This document shows, piece after piece, positions 32,487 through 43,139 of a stretch of DNA of 64,000 bases. Source of the DNA: Thermodesulfobacteriota bacterium (GTDB lineage: Bacteria; Desulfobacterota; Desulfobacteria; Desulfobacterales; SURF-7); assembly GCA_049320885.1 (NCBI GenBank), contig JBMORA010000009.1:128001-192000 (forward strand), written 5' to 3'. The notes beneath the pieces are model-generated. The model was not told the origin of the DNA. It did no database searches and saw nothing but the letters and a program-made list of their open reading frames with translations. The translations under genes and the position numbers were made by a program. Every line of letters begins with the position of its first letter. Position 1 is the stretch's first letter.

Positions 32487-35408
32487 ATGAAAACGGATAA
32501 TCATTTCCCCATTGCTGGAAAATTGTTCGGCGGTTTTCTGTTGCTTGCCGGTTTACTGACAGTCGCCGTGCTTGAGACGCGCGCTGCGGAACCATCCTTG
32601 GCTCCGGTGACCGATGATGAGCGGACCTGGCTGGACCAGCATGCGGAAAAGCTACAGCTGCTTTTCAATGTTGAATTTCCGCCTGTTGAATTCGCATCTC
32701 CTGCCGGCGTCTTCGTCGGGATCGGCGCCGATGTGATCGCCATGGTGGAAAAGCGCCTCGGTGTCACGTTTTCAAAAAACCCTTCCGATGACTGGAACCA
32801 TCATCTGGCGGCCCTGGAAAGCGGGGAATGCGCCATTGCGCCGACCATTGTGCGCACAGCCGAACGGGAGCGTTTTACCTATTTCACCACCCCCTACGCA
32901 ACGGTGCCTGTGGTGATCATTGGTACCCGGAGATTTCGCACAGGCATGTCCCTTGAGGACTTTGCCGGGAAGCGCATAGCCGTGGTTTCCGGTTACGCAA
33001 CGGAAAAGTATCTCCGCGACCGCGCCGACAGCCGGTTCGAAGTGGCGGCCGTTACAAATGTTCCCGAAGCCCTGAGGGCCGTGTCCTTTGGTCAGGTGGA
33101 CGCCTATGTGGAAAATCTCGCCGTAGCCGCACACTATATCGACCAGGAAGGCATCCCGAATCTTCAGGTGATCGGCAGCACCGATTACGTCTTCGCCTTC
33201 AGCATCGGCGTCAGTCGGAAATATCCCCTGCTATACAGCGCCATTCAAAAGGCCCTTGACACGATACCGCCGTCTGAACTCGAAACCGTCCGGAAGCGCT
33301 GGATATCTCTTGCGCTGCACAAGGGGTTGTCCCCGGAAACCGTCCTGCTGCTCAAGCTGACAGCCATGTTTACCGTTTTGCTGCTGCTGGGCCTGGCCGG
33401 TGCCAGCTATTTCCTCAAGCGCAAGTTGAAGGAGAAAGTGGCCAATCTGAAACAATCGCAGCAAACACTCCTGGAGCGGACGGAACTTCTCAAGCTGGCG
33501 ACCGAGGCGACCCAGGCGGGTATCTGGGACTACTATCCAGCCACAGGAAAGAATTATCTCAGCCGGCAGTGGTTCAGCATGCTCGGTTATGCGGAAACGG
33601 ACAGAAGTATATCGTTAAAAGAGTTTCGTGCATTCGTGCATCCGGAGGATTTGCCCGTTCTGACAAAAACGGTGGAGAAATGCCTGGGCGCTGAAGGACA
33701 GGACGCTTTCGAGGTTAAATGCCGCCTGCGCAAGGCCGACGGCGCCTGGTGCTGGGTGCTTTCAAAAGGCCGCGTGGCGGCCCGGGATGAAAATGGGGCG
33801 CCTGTCCGCCTGATCGGGCTGGATATCAATATTCAGAATATTATCGAAGCCCAGGAAAAGATGGCCCAGAGCGAAGCGAAATTCCGTTCCTTGTTTAAAA
33901 TGGCGCCCCTTCCCCTGGCGGAGGTTTTCCGGGACGGACGAATTGTCGAGGTCAACGATTCCCTGAAGGAGGCCCTGGGATATTCCATCGAGGAGGTGCC
34001 GGATATGGAGACCTGGTGGCGGTTTGCCTATCCGGATCCCGTTTATCGGCGTCAGGTGATGGAAACCTGGCAAAAAAAGGTGACGCAGGCCATGGAAAAA
34101 GGAACCATTCTGGTGAACGATGAGCGCCTGGTGACCTGTAAAAACGGGCAGGTGCGGACCATGATCATCAGCGCCAGCTTGATCGGGAAGAGCTTCCTGG
34201 TCAGTTTTTTCGATATCACCGAGCGTAAGCGGGCCGAAGAGGAGAGGGAAAAACTTCAAGGGCAGTTGCTCCAATCCCAGAAGCTGGAGGCCATCGGCAT
34301 TCTTGCAGGGGGTGTTGCCCACGATTTCAATAACATGCTGGGGGCCATCATCGGATACACGGAACTCAGTATGGGAAATATGGAAGCCGATGATCCGCTC
34401 CGCCACAATCTGGGGAAAATACTGGACGCGGCGCGTCGTTCCGCCAATCTTACCCGCCAGCTGCTGGCTTTTGCCCGCAAGCAGACCGTCGCTCCCATCC
34501 TGCTGGACCTGAACGAATCGGTGGAGACCATGCTCAAAATGCTGCGCCGGCTCATCGGTGAAAATATCGAACTGGCATGGATGCCCGGAACGGGACAGTG
34601 TACCGTCAAAATGGATCCCTCCCAGATCGACCAGATACTGGCCAACCTGTGCGTCAATGCCCGGGACGCCATATCCGATGTCGGCAAAATCAAACTTCAG
34701 ACCACCACTGTTTCTTTCGACCATAAATCCTGCGGGTCCTATTTTGATTGTATGCCGGGAGAGTATGTGCATCTGGCTGTCAGCGACAATGGCTGCGGTA
34801 TGGACAAGGAAACCTCCGAGCATATTTTCGAACCGTTTTTTACAACCAAGGGTTTGGGGCAAGGCACGGGTCTGGGACTTTCCACTGTCTACGGAATTGT
34901 CAAACAAAACGAAGGCTTTATCACTCTCCAGAGCGAGCCGGGCGTCGGGACCACCTTCAACATTTTCCTGCCGCGTCATGCCGCGGCAAGCACCGCCGAG
35001 AAGACGGAAAGTCCCGAAAATATCCCGCGGGGCAAAGGCGAAACCATTCTCATGGTGGAGGATGATCCAACTCTCCTGGAAATGGGCCAGATGATGCTGC
35101 GGCGTCTAGGATATGAGGTTCTTGCCGCAAATGCTCCGAGCGAAGCCATTCGTCTGGTTTCCGAAGGCGGCGGCGAGATTCACCTGTTCATCACCGATGT
35201 GGTCATGCCGGAAATGAACGGGCGTGAGCTGGCGGAGCGCATCCAGCAAATCCGGCCGGGTGTCCGGTATCTGTTCATGTCCGGATATACGGCTGATGTC
35301 ATCGTTCACCGGGGGGTATTGGACGAAGGGGTCAATTTCATCCAGAAACCGTTCTCCATCAAGGAACTGGGCGCCAAAATCCACGCCGTTCTGTCGGAAG
35401 CCCATTGA
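32487..35408 (+). CDS. Hybrid sensor histidine kinase (periplasmic SBP-type sensor, 2 PAS, HisKA, HATPase, REC)
   Basis: SBP_bac_3-like N-domain, TM, PAS (VHPED), AHDFNN H-box, N/G1/F/G2 boxes, receiver with TDVVMP and QKPF. Confidence 0.93.
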   Translation: MKTDNHFPIAGKLFGGFLLLAGLLTVAVLETRAAEPSLAPVTDDERTWLDQHAEKLQLLFNVEFPPVEFASPAGVFVGIGADVIAMVEKRLGVTFSKNPSDDWNHHLAALESGECAIAPTIVRTAERERFTYFTTPYATVPVVIIGTRRFRTGMSLEDFAGKRIAVVSGYATEKYLRDRADSRFEVAAVTNVPEALRAVSFGQVDAYVENLAVAAHYIDQEGIPNLQVIGSTDYVFAFSIGVSRKYPLLYSAIQKALDTIPPSELETVRKRWISLALHKGLSPETVLLLKLTAMFTVLLLLGLAGASYFLKRKLKEKVANLKQSQQTLLERTELLKLATEATQAGIWDYYPATGKNYLSRQWFSMLGYAETDRSISLKEFRAFVHPEDLPVLTKTVEKCLGAEGQDAFEVKCRLRKADGAWCWVLSKGRVAARDENGAPVRLIGLDINIQNIIEAQEKMAQSEAKFRSLFKMAPLPLAEVFRDGRIVEVNDSLKEALGYSIEEVPDMETWWRFAYPDPVYRRQVMETWQKKVTQAMEKGTILVNDERLVTCKNGQVRTMIISASLIGKSFLVSFFDITERKRAEEEREKLQGQLLQSQKLEAIGILAGGVAHDFNNMLGAIIGYTELSMGNMEADDPLRHNLGKILDAARRSANLTRQLLAFARKQTVAPILLDLNESVETMLKMLRRLIGENIELAWMPGTGQCTVKMDPSQIDQILANLCVNARDAISDVGKIKLQTTTVSFDHKSCGSYFDCMPGEYVHLAVSDNGCGMDKETSEHIFEPFFTTKGLGQGTGLGLSTVYGIVKQNEGFITLQSEPGVGTTFNIFLPRHAAASTAEKTESPENIPRGKGETILMVEDDPTLLEMGQMMLRRLGYEVLAANAPSEAIRLVSEGGGEIHLFITDVVMPEMNGRELAERIQQIRPGVRYLFMSGYTADVIVHRGVLDEGVNFIQKPFSIKELGAKIHAVLSEAH

Positions 35409-35573
35409 AAACCGGTTTTGCCGCGCATGCGCCAGACGCCGGAAAGCCTTGCCTGCAGAATGGAGCGTATTGTCATCAGCGGATTTACATTGGTCGGGTT
35501 GGGGTTGCAAGCGGAGCAGCATTTATGGCTGAGGGGCGGCCTGCTTCTTTCCTGTCTGGCAGGAAATGATGCC

Positions 35574-35657
35574 GACAGCGGACTGCTTCACCAGGTGCTG
35601 GGCGTCGATTCCATGAAAGACCTGTTCTTCCATCCCAAGATGGTCGCCTCATGGGAA
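35574..35657 (+). pseudogene. Relic of an AAA-ATPase/DUF4143-family gene
   Basis: DSGLLHQVLGVDSMKDLFFHPKMVASWE resembles the DUF4143 motif DSGLL..LLG......L..HPK.GASWE; the flanks show no ATPase sequence. Confidence 0.55.
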
Positions 35658-35706
35658 GAACAAATGCTGCTGATCAAAAGCCTATCCCTGTTGTTTATAC
35701 AGCATA

Positions 35707-36198
35707 TCAAGCGATGAGGATGAGGACATCGCCGGTGGCCACATCCGCATCTTTGCTCACCCGGATTTCCTTGACGGTGCCGTCCAGAGGGCTCAAAATA
35801 TTGTTTTCCATTTTCATGGCTTCCATCACTGCCAGTACCTGGCCCTTGGAAACGGAGTCCCCGACGCTCACCATGATTTGGATGATTTTTCCGGGGAGCT
35901 GGGCGGCAACCGTTCCGGCACCTTGGGCAGCAGCACCCGTGGTTTGGGGTTTCGCCGCCGAAACCGGTGCGGCGGCGGGCGGCGGCGCCATGACCGGGGC
36001 CGGTGCGGCGGCCGGCTGTAATCGGGGCGGAGATGCGGGCGCGGATTGGAACCGGGCGGGGGTTGCCGCCTGGCCGCCGGCGGCCAGGGTCACGTCATAG
36101 GCCACGCGGTTGACGATCACCCGGGCCTGGTTGCCCTGGATGCTGATGATTTCCACATCAAAGGCCTGTTCGTTGATGGTAAAGGCGTAGCGGGTCAT
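35707..36198 (-). CDS. Biotin carboxyl carrier subunit of a Na+-transporting decarboxylase
   Basis: Ala/Pro-rich linker, EAMKMEN biotinylation motif. Confidence 0.92.
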   Translation of the reverse strand: MTRYAFTINEQAFDVEIISIQGNQARVIVNRVAYDVTLAAGGQAATPARFQSAPASPPRLQPAAAPAPVMAPPPAAAPVSAAKPQTTGAAAQGAGTVAAQLPGKIIQIMVSVGDSVSKGQVLAVMEAMKMENNILSPLDGTVKEIRVSKDADVATGDVLILIA

Positions 36199-37232
36199 TT
36201 GTTTGTCCTTACGGGTTGAAGATGGATTCGATCAAAGGGCCGGAGCCGGTCGGCCATGAGTTTGCTGCGGCCGGACAGCACCCAGGCCGAAGTGCGCGTC
36301 TCCCGGGGCCTGGATGCCGAAGGCGCGGTGATCCGGCCGGCCGGGTGTTGTTCCGATCCGGCATGCAGGTGCAATGCCAGGGTGATGGCGGCTGCCACTT
36401 CCCCGGCACGCAGGTGCAATGCCAAAGCGATGGCGACGGCCACTTCCGGCGAAGCCGCCTGGACGGCCGTTGTTTCCATGTGTGCCGCCGGAGCGATCGG
36501 TTCCGAAACCGCTGCCGGTTGGTTGCTGGACGTCCCTTGCGCCAGATCATTCTCGTTCGGCGGGTTGCGGCTTTCGATATGCCGGAAGATGAGGCCCGAG
36601 AGCTGCATGCCGATCATCAGGACCCCCAGCACAATGAAGACCCCGAAAAAGCGGATGAACAGAGTGCCGATGGCGTAGCCCCAAAAGGAATCCCGGGGTG
36701 CGACAATCAATTCGATCCGGCCGTCGGCTGCGCCGTCGGTATCCAGGGGGCCGCCATCCCGCACGGAAATGCCCAGGGTTTTGACACGGTCCGGTAGTCG
36801 TTCCACCGTTCCCATGAGGTCCTTCCAGGAGTCTTTTTTCTTCGGATCACCGCCCCACAGCTGGGTGGAGGTGGTGAAACAGTCGGACGACAGTATCAGC
36901 CCGGCTTCGCCGCCGGGCTTTTCCGCTTTCAGGTTTACCTTGAAAAAGCCGGAACGGAAATCCTTTATGTCCAGATCCGGTTGCTGGTCGTCCGGAAACT
37001 CCGCGGTTTCGACGGTTGTGATGGTTGCGGCGTTGGATTGAAACCGGATCAGCACGCTGGTGCTTTTTCCCCGGGGAATCAGGCGGGCGTCCCAGTCGCT
37101 GGCGGCCCGGCTGAATAGGGGTTGCGGTTTTTCCAGATCCTCGCCGAAAGCCGCCCAGGCCGAAGCAGCCGAAAGGATCATCAGGGCGGGCAGGAGGAGG
37201 TGGAGCCATTGAAAAAGAAGTTTTTTGGACAC
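36195..37232 (-). CDS. OadG-like gamma/delta subunit with a large N-terminal exported domain
   Basis: GTG start with AAGGAG SD, signal peptide ending AWA, about 155 aa soluble domain, TM (FFGVFIVLGVL), Ala/Pro linker, AAI..ALHLH motif, WVLSGR; lies between oadB and the biotin carrier. Confidence 0.75.
   Translation of the reverse strand: MSKKLLFQWLHLLLPALMILSAASAWAAFGEDLEKPQPLFSRAASDWDARLIPRGKSTSVLIRFQSNAATITTVETAEFPDDQQPDLDIKDFRSGFFKVNLKAEKPGGEAGLILSSDCFTTSTQLWGGDPKKKDSWKDLMGTVERLPDRVKTLGISVRDGGPLDTDGAADGRIELIVAPRDSFWGYAIGTLFIRFFGVFIVLGVLMIGMQLSGLIFRHIESRNPPNENDLAQGTSSNQPAAVSEPIAPAAHMETTAVQAASPEVAVAIALALHLRAGEVAAAITLALHLHAGSEQHPAGRITAPSASRPRETRTSAWVLSGRSKLMADRLRPFDRIHLQPVRTNK
36358..36447. 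repeat. Tandem 45-bp imperfect duplication inside the OadG-like gene
   Basis: ccggcatgcaggtgcaatgccagggtgatggcggctgccacttcc / ccggcacgcaggtgcaatgccaaagcgatggcgacggccacttcc, encoding EVAVAIALALHLRAG and EVAAAITLALHLHAG. Confidence 0.9.
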
Positions 37233-37246
37233 AGGATCTCCTTGGC

Positions 37247-38395
37247 TTACTGAAACATGGCGATGAACATGCCGGCGGCGGCGGCCGAACCGATGACTCC
37301 GGCCAAATTGGGCCCCATGGCGTGCATCAGCAACCAGTTGGAGGGATCGGCCCGCATCCCCTCCCCATGGGCAACCCGGGCGGACATGGGCACCGCGGAA
37401 ACCCCCGCCGAACCGATGAGCGGGTTGATCTTGTCCTTCAGGAACAGGTTCATGATATGCACGGTCAGAATACCGCCCATGGTGCAGATCATGAAGTCAA
37501 GTAGTCCGAAGCCGAAGATCAGCAGGGGCTTCCAGCTGAGGAACACCTCCGCCTGCATGGTGGCCCCCACGGAGAGCCCCAGGAAAATGGTGACGATGTT
37601 CATCAGGGCGTTCTGGGAGGTGTCCGCCAGGCGTTTCACCACCATGCTCTCGCGCATGAAATTGCCGAACATGAACATGCCCATGAGGGGCGCCACCGCC
37701 GGAATGAGCAGCACGATCAGGATGGTGGCGATCAGAGGAAAGAGCAGCTTTTCCCGGTTCGAAACCGATCGCAACTGGCTCATGCGGATGCGGCGCTGTT
37801 CCGGGGTGGTCATCAGGCGCATGATGGGGGGCTGGATCAGTGGCACCATGGCCATGTAGGAATAGGCCGCCAGCGCGTTCGCACCCAGCAGGTGGGGAGC
37901 CAGCTTGGTGGTCAGATAGATAGTGGTGGGACCGTCGGCGCCGCCGATGATTCCCACCGAGGCGGCCTCCTTGAGGGTAAACCCGAAGAACAGGACGCCG
38001 ATATAGGTGACGAACACGCCCAGTTGAGCACCGGCGCCGATGATCAGGGTTTTGGGGTTGGCGATGAGGGGGCCGAAATCGGTCATGGCCCCTAAACCGA
38101 GGAAAATCACGCAGGGGATGACCTCCCATTCCACGCCGTATTTGTAAAAAGCCCGGATCAGGTCCGGGGTGCCGCCTTCCGTGAATCCCATGATGGGTGC
38201 CAAGGGGAAGTTGACCAGGAAAATCCCGAAGCCGATGGGCAACAGCAGCAGGGGTTCGTATTTCTTGGCCACGGCCAGATAGAGGAAAAAACAGGCGATG
38301 AGGAGCATCAGCAATTGACCGCCGGTCAGGTGGGGAATGCCGGTCTGGGTGAACAGGATGCCTTTGATGAGTTCAACTACATAATCCCATGACAT
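37247..38395 (-). CDS. oadB: Na+-translocating decarboxylase subunit beta (OadB/GcdB/MmdB family)
   Basis: [56 protein letters not shown]. Confidence 0.95.
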   Translation of the reverse strand: MSWDYVVELIKGILFTQTGIPHLTGGQLLMLLIACFFLYLAVAKKYEPLLLLPIGFGIFLVNFPLAPIMGFTEGGTPDLIRAFYKYGVEWEVIPCVIFLGLGAMTDFGPLIANPKTLIIGAGAQLGVFVTYIGVLFFGFTLKEAASVGIIGGADGPTTIYLTTKLAPHLLGANALAAYSYMAMVPLIQPPIMRLMTTPEQRRIRMSQLRSVSNREKLLFPLIATILIVLLIPAVAPLMGMFMFGNFMRESMVVKRLADTSQNALMNIVTIFLGLSVGATMQAEVFLSWKPLLIFGFGLLDFMICTMGGILTVHIMNLFLKDKINPLIGSAGVSAVPMSARVAHGEGMRADPSNWLLMHAMGPNLAGVIGSAAAAGMFIAMFQ

Positions 38396-38644
38396 GGCGT
38401 TTCTTCGCTTTCGCTATGGGGAGGAAATTCTGTTGACCTGTCTAAATGAATTGGAAGGAAAAGGCAACTGTATTTAATCTTGGTACAACCATGGCCGGTT
38501 CCGCCCCGGGGATTCGGCAGTCGGAACATCGTGCGAGGTGAGATAATTCTTTTGTACTTTTTCCGGATATGCGGTACGGTTGCGTCCAGGGCGGAATTTC
38601 CAGCCGGTTGTGGACACTCCCTACTCCATGTCATGGTGACGGCT

Positions 38645-39118
38645 ATGAGCGATTTTGGTTCTAGAATGGTTTCGTCGGTTGGCGGGCGGTCCGCCGCGGC
38701 TTTTCTCCTGTTCCTGGGCGCTTTGCTGTGCCTGCATGATGATCGACCGGCCATGGCCGCGGGCAAGGAAGAGGCCGTCCCCCGGTATATCCTGAACGGC
38801 CTGCAGACCTATCGCCGGGAAGGGTATGAAGCGGCTGTCGCCGTCTGGTTGAAGGACAGCCCCTGGGCGAACGCTACCCTCATGGTTTCCCGCATCGCCT
38901 ATTTCAAGAATATCGAAAAACTTTACGGCCGGTATCAGGGCTATCAGATCGTAACAACCCAGGAAACCCGCACATCCCAGATGACCTATGTCCGGTTTAT
39001 TTATGAAAAAAATTCCGGTTACGGCATGTTTCTATCCACCATGCGCAACAATGCCTGGGTCCTGTCCCAGATCGACCTGCACCGCACCCAGCGATATGCG
39101 GATACAAATCCAAGGTAA
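38645..39118 (+). CDS. Hypothetical exported protein
   Basis: Signal-like hydrophobic stretch followed by a compact alpha/beta domain with coding-like codon usage; start uncertain. Confidence 0.6.
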   Translation: MSDFGSRMVSSVGGRSAAAFLLFLGALLCLHDDRPAMAAGKEEAVPRYILNGLQTYRREGYEAAVAVWLKDSPWANATLMVSRIAYFKNIEKLYGRYQGYQIVTTQETRTSQMTYVRFIYEKNSGYGMFLSTMRNNAWVLSQIDLHRTQRYADTNPR

Positions 39119-39155
39119 GAACATTCGGAACGTCATGTCATAAAGAGGAAAACAG

Positions 39156-40040
39156 ATGAGAAAAACACGATTTATACTGGTTGGCCTGGCGATGTATCTT
39201 ATGTCGATCGGGTCAGCGGCGCATGCCGTCATTGCAAAAACAAAGCTGGAAAGTCTGCTGGATAACGTAACGTCCATACCCGCAACGGCCGCGCAGGCAT
39301 TCGCGCAATGTTCGGTTGACGAAGGGGCTGTAAAAGCGGGGCCTGCCATGGAGAAGATAACAACGGAATTGGAACGCCTTATTAAACAAACGGCAGTCCC
39401 TTATGGCATGGACGATGGGAAAACCATCAGCGAGGGGGATGCAAAATCAATCAAAGCAATGTCCAAGCAAGATAAAATCGCCATGGCCATGAAAATGGCG
39501 GCACAAATGGGCGGCGCTCCCATGAAGGTGGCCGACACACAATTGTGGGGCGATTGCATTGCGCTTACCAACGAATTGGCCGCATTGGGCGGAGACCTGT
39601 CGTTTCATACGAAACTCGGCGAGGCCGAAAAAGAATCAGATGCCGTCCATGATGCCATCCATCGCGAAACCGCCGCCGCGGTAAAAACCTGTCCATGGAC
39701 TTCCTCCGGCGAGATGTCTGCACAAGATCCGGCCTGTATCAAGGCAAGAAATGTTGCCGGAGCTGATAACCATATTGAAGCGGAAATAAAAACACTTGCA
39801 ACCATAAAGGCGGTTCTTGCCGAGCGGGTAGCACGCATAAAACCGCTGCTCGTTCGTGGCGATCAACTACTTGAAAAATCAAGGTTCGGTGAATCGGTGG
39901 ACGCGCAGAGCAAAACCATTATCAGTCAGATGCAGGGCCAGGCGATAAATCAGATCCTGCTCATCCAGACCCAGGCGCAAAACGCCTGTGTGGAAGCTGC
40001 GAAATGGATCCAGGCGCGCAACGATATGGCGAAACAATAA
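39156..40040 (+). CDS. Hypothetical secreted alpha-helical protein
   Basis: AGAGGA SD, signal peptide MRKTRFILVGLAMYLMSIGSAAHA, Ala/Lys/Glu-rich helical body with 5 Cys. Confidence 0.75.
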   Translation: MRKTRFILVGLAMYLMSIGSAAHAVIAKTKLESLLDNVTSIPATAAQAFAQCSVDEGAVKAGPAMEKITTELERLIKQTAVPYGMDDGKTISEGDAKSIKAMSKQDKIAMAMKMAAQMGGAPMKVADTQLWGDCIALTNELAALGGDLSFHTKLGEAEKESDAVHDAIHRETAAAVKTCPWTSSGEMSAQDPACIKARNVAGADNHIEAEIKTLATIKAVLAERVARIKPLLVRGDQLLEKSRFGESVDAQSKTIISQMQGQAINQILLIQTQAQNACVEAAKWIQARNDMAKQ

Positions 40041-40113
40041 GGCCGGTACACCGCGCCGAACCCAGTCAAAGGTATCAGGGCGGGGAGCCGGGTATCAGGC
40101 TTCGCATAGCTAT

Positions 40114-40206
40114 TCCGTTTAATTCGCGCAACATTGTGATCACTTCCCCGGTAGTTAAGATCGTATGCTGTTTTGCCGGTTTATAACCCGATTATATACT
40201 TTTCAT
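40114..40206 (-). pseudogene. 5' relic of an XRE-family HTH regulator/antitoxin gene
   Basis: AAGGAG-7 nt-ATG, then MKSI*SGYKPAKQHTILTTGEVITMLRELNG; TAA at codon 5 and the resemblance stops before the HTH. Confidence 0.6.
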
Positions 40207-40232
40207 TATTTAACTCCTTTTTTTATCCGTAT

Positions 40233-41777
40233 CTAAAGCATCATCCCCGACTGCTTCCGGCGGTCCAGGGCCCGGTACTGGATGGCCTCGGACACATGGT
40301 CTGCCGAGACGTCGGCTGCGCCGGCGAGATCCGCGATGGTACGGGCGATTTTCAGGATGCGGTTATAGGCCCGGGCCGAAAGCCCGAGCTGGTTGATGGC
40401 GTTTTCCAGCAGACGCAGGGAAGCCTCGTCCGGCTTGCAGTGCTGGCGGATATGGCGGTTGCCCATCTGGGCGTTGCAGAAAACCGCTTCGTGCTGGAAA
40501 CGCCGGCTCTGGAGTGCCCGGGCGGCGGTGACCCGCTCCCGGATGGCGGCGGAGGGTTCGGCCTTGGCGTCCTTAAGCAGCTCCCGGTAGGAAACCGCCG
40601 GGACTTCCGCGTGAAGATCGATGCGGTCCAGGAGCGGCCCCGAGATTTTGGAGCGGTATTTGTGGATTTTCTGGAAGGTGCACAGGCATTCCTTCTTGGG
40701 ATCGGCGAGGTGGCCGCAAGGGCAGGGATTCATGGCCGCCACCAGCATGAAGGACGAGGGGTAGGTGATGGTGGAGGCGGCCCTGGCAATGGTGACCCGC
40801 TGGTCTTCCAGGGGCTGGCGCAGGGCTTCCAGGACCGGCTTGCGGAATTCCGGCAGCTCGTCCAGAAACAAGACCCCGTTATGGGCCAGGCTCACCTCGC
40901 CGGGGCGGGGGATATGCCCGCCGCCGATCAATCCGGCATCGGAGATGGTGTGATGCGGGGTTCGGAATGGCCGTTGGGTGATCAGGGCCTGGCCGCTTTT
41001 CAGCATGCCGACCACGGAAAAGACTTTTGTGGTTTCGATGGCCTCCCGGAAGGTCAGGGGCGGCAGAATCCCGGGCAGACGCCTTGCCAGCATGGTCTTG
41101 CCGGAACCCGGCGGACCGATCATCAGGAGATTATGGGAGCCCGCGGCGGCGATTTCCATGGCGCGCTTGGCATGGCCCTGGCCGATCACCTCGGCGAAGT
41201 CCAGTTCCAGCGGCGCATCCGTCTGAAAAATGGTATGCAGGTCCACCTGTTCCGGCTGGACGGCGCGAATGCCGCGAATGAAATCCACCGCCTGAAACAG
41301 ATTGCGAACGGGATATACCGGAATATCCCGGATTACGGCAGCTTCCCGGCGGTTTCCATGGGGCACGATGATGCCGGAATACCCGTTATCCCGGGCGGCG
41401 ATGGCCATGGGCAGGGAACCCTTCACCGGCTTCACCCGGCCGTCCAGCGACAGCTCCCCCAGGATCAGGTATCCGGAAAGAGCGTCCTGGGGTATGAGTC
41501 CGGTGGCGGACAGGATTCCGAGAGCCATGGGCAGATCGAATCCGGTGCCTTCCTTTTTGATATCCGCGGGCGCGAGGTTGACCGTGATTTTATCCGCCGG
41601 AAAGGTATAGCCGGAATTGTTGATGGCGGATTTTACGCGTTCCCTGCTTTCCTTGACGGCGGCTTCCGGCAGGCCGACGGTGGTGAACGCCGGCAGGCCC
41701 TGGGTGATGTCAACCTCGACCTCCACCAGATAGGCATCAATACCAAGAACGGCACTGCTCAATACCTTGGCGAGCAT
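40233..41777 (-). CDS. comM: YifB/ComM family Mg-chelatase-like AAA+ ATPase
   Basis: [70 protein letters not shown]. Confidence 0.95.
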   Translation of the reverse strand: MLAKVLSSAVLGIDAYLVEVEVDITQGLPAFTTVGLPEAAVKESRERVKSAINNSGYTFPADKITVNLAPADIKKEGTGFDLPMALGILSATGLIPQDALSGYLILGELSLDGRVKPVKGSLPMAIAARDNGYSGIIVPHGNRREAAVIRDIPVYPVRNLFQAVDFIRGIRAVQPEQVDLHTIFQTDAPLELDFAEVIGQGHAKRAMEIAAAGSHNLLMIGPPGSGKTMLARRLPGILPPLTFREAIETTKVFSVVGMLKSGQALITQRPFRTPHHTISDAGLIGGGHIPRPGEVSLAHNGVLFLDELPEFRKPVLEALRQPLEDQRVTIARAASTITYPSSFMLVAAMNPCPCGHLADPKKECLCTFQKIHKYRSKISGPLLDRIDLHAEVPAVSYRELLKDAKAEPSAAIRERVTAARALQSRRFQHEAVFCNAQMGNRHIRQHCKPDEASLRLLENAINQLGLSARAYNRILKIARTIADLAGAADVSADHVSEAIQYRALDRRKQSGMML

Positions 41778-41978
41778 TTCCCCTCCTTTGGATCGGGTCA
41801 GGACAAACGCAGGCCCACCCTATCAAAGCCACATGAAAAAACAACGTAAAATTGGCTTATTATGAAACGGCGGGTTTGCCGGCGAGCCCGCCGGAAGAAT
41901 GTACACGAAAAACATAATAATTCCATGGGACTGAAGCCGGTTTGCCGCGGCAACCAGCTTGCCCGGACGCCTTCATGC

Positions 41979-42007
41979 TTGCTTTTTTTGCAAAATCATC
42001 CTAATTT
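41979..42007 (+). promoter_or_regulatory. Possible sigma70 promoter for lpxC
   Basis: TTGCTT-17 nt-TAATTT upstream of the lpxC start. Confidence 0.4.
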
Positions 42008-42062
42008 CCTTTGGTAATTCGGCAGGTATGACTATTGCGGAAACAGATTGGCATTTACGAAT

Positions 42063-42968
42063 ATGCATGTGTATCAGCGGACTATCGCAAAACCGGTGTC
42101 CTGTTCCGGCGTTGGCGTTCACTCGGGGAAAATGGTCAATCTGACCATCCGGCCGGCGCCGGCGAATAATGGAATTAAATTCGTCCGGGTGGATTTGCCC
42201 AACAGCCCGAGCGTGCCGGCACTTTTTACCATGGTGGTGGACACCAGTCTCGCCACGGTGATCGGCAAGGATGGCGTTATCGTTTCGACCATTGAACACC
42301 TCATGGCGAGTTTCGCGGGACTTTCCATTGAAAACGCCATTGTGGAACTCGATTCCTATGAAATGCCCATCCTGGACGGCAGCGCCGGCTATTTCACGTC
42401 CCTGATCAAAAAGACCGGCATTCGAAAACTGGATGTCCCCCGGCAGTTTTTCGTCATCAAAGAACCCATCATCCTGGAGGAAAAGGACCGTTCCGTGGCG
42501 GTGTATCCTTCAGCAACACCGAAGATTACCTGTACCATTGAATACGCCCACCCCCTTATTCAGCGACAGAGTTACACCATTGAGCTTTCGGACAGCGAAT
42601 TTGAAAAGGAGATCTGTCGGGCCAGGACATTTGGTTTCATCCAGGACATAGATTATCTCAAACAGTATGGACTGGGACGGGGGGCAAGTCTGGAAAGCGG
42701 CATTGCCATCGGTGAGGACCGGATTCTCAATGAAGAAGGTCTGCGATATCCGGATGAGTTTGTCCGGCATAAAATTCTGGATTGCATCGGGGACTTTTCC
42801 CTGCTGGGGATGCCGGTTCTGGGGCATATCGTCGCGCACAAGTCCGGCCACGCGTTTCACCAGGCATTCTTGCAGCAGTTTTTTACCAGCAAAAATTGCT
42901 GGGAAACCAAACCCGTGGAACCTTTGGCGGACGGATATCGCGATGTATCGAAATCGCTTGCCATTTAA
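42063..42968 (+). CDS. lpxC: UDP-3-O-acyl-N-acetylglucosamine deacetylase
   Basis: QRTI, GVGVHSG, TIEHLM, ARTFGF, RHKILDCIGD, KSGH. Confidence 0.96.
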   Translation: MHVYQRTIAKPVSCSGVGVHSGKMVNLTIRPAPANNGIKFVRVDLPNSPSVPALFTMVVDTSLATVIGKDGVIVSTIEHLMASFAGLSIENAIVELDSYEMPILDGSAGYFTSLIKKTGIRKLDVPRQFFVIKEPIILEEKDRSVAVYPSATPKITCTIEYAHPLIQRQSYTIELSDSEFEKEICRARTFGFIQDIDYLKQYGLGRGASLESGIAIGEDRILNEEGLRYPDEFVRHKILDCIGDFSLLGMPVLGHIVAHKSGHAFHQAFLQQFFTSKNCWETKPVEPLADGYRDVSKSLAI

Positions 42969-43139
42969 CAACCTATCCGCTATGAATTAAGCTGGTTAGC
43001 AAGATCGACGGGAAAGTCCGGGCGTCACGGCCCGGGCCGGGTCCGGTACATTCGATTCTCCGGCACATGAATATGTTCCGACAAGATGATGTTCAACGAC
43101 AATCCCCGCTTGACGGGATTCCAAATATATGAGTGAGTA

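Noticed and set aside
35418..35717. 99-aa ORF as an intact gene
   Set aside because: TTG start without an SD and overlap with the opposite-strand gene end; only an internal patch of about 28 codons looks protein-like (reported as a relic).
41868..41893. GC-rich hairpin between the divergent comM and lpxC genes
   Set aside because: There is no U-tract, the position does not suit a terminator, and I noticed no other copies to call it a REP element.
43010..43023. GGAAAGTCCGGGC, resembling the 5' conserved region of RNase P RNA
   Set aside because: The intergenic space is only about 170 nt and the other universal RNase P segments are absent.
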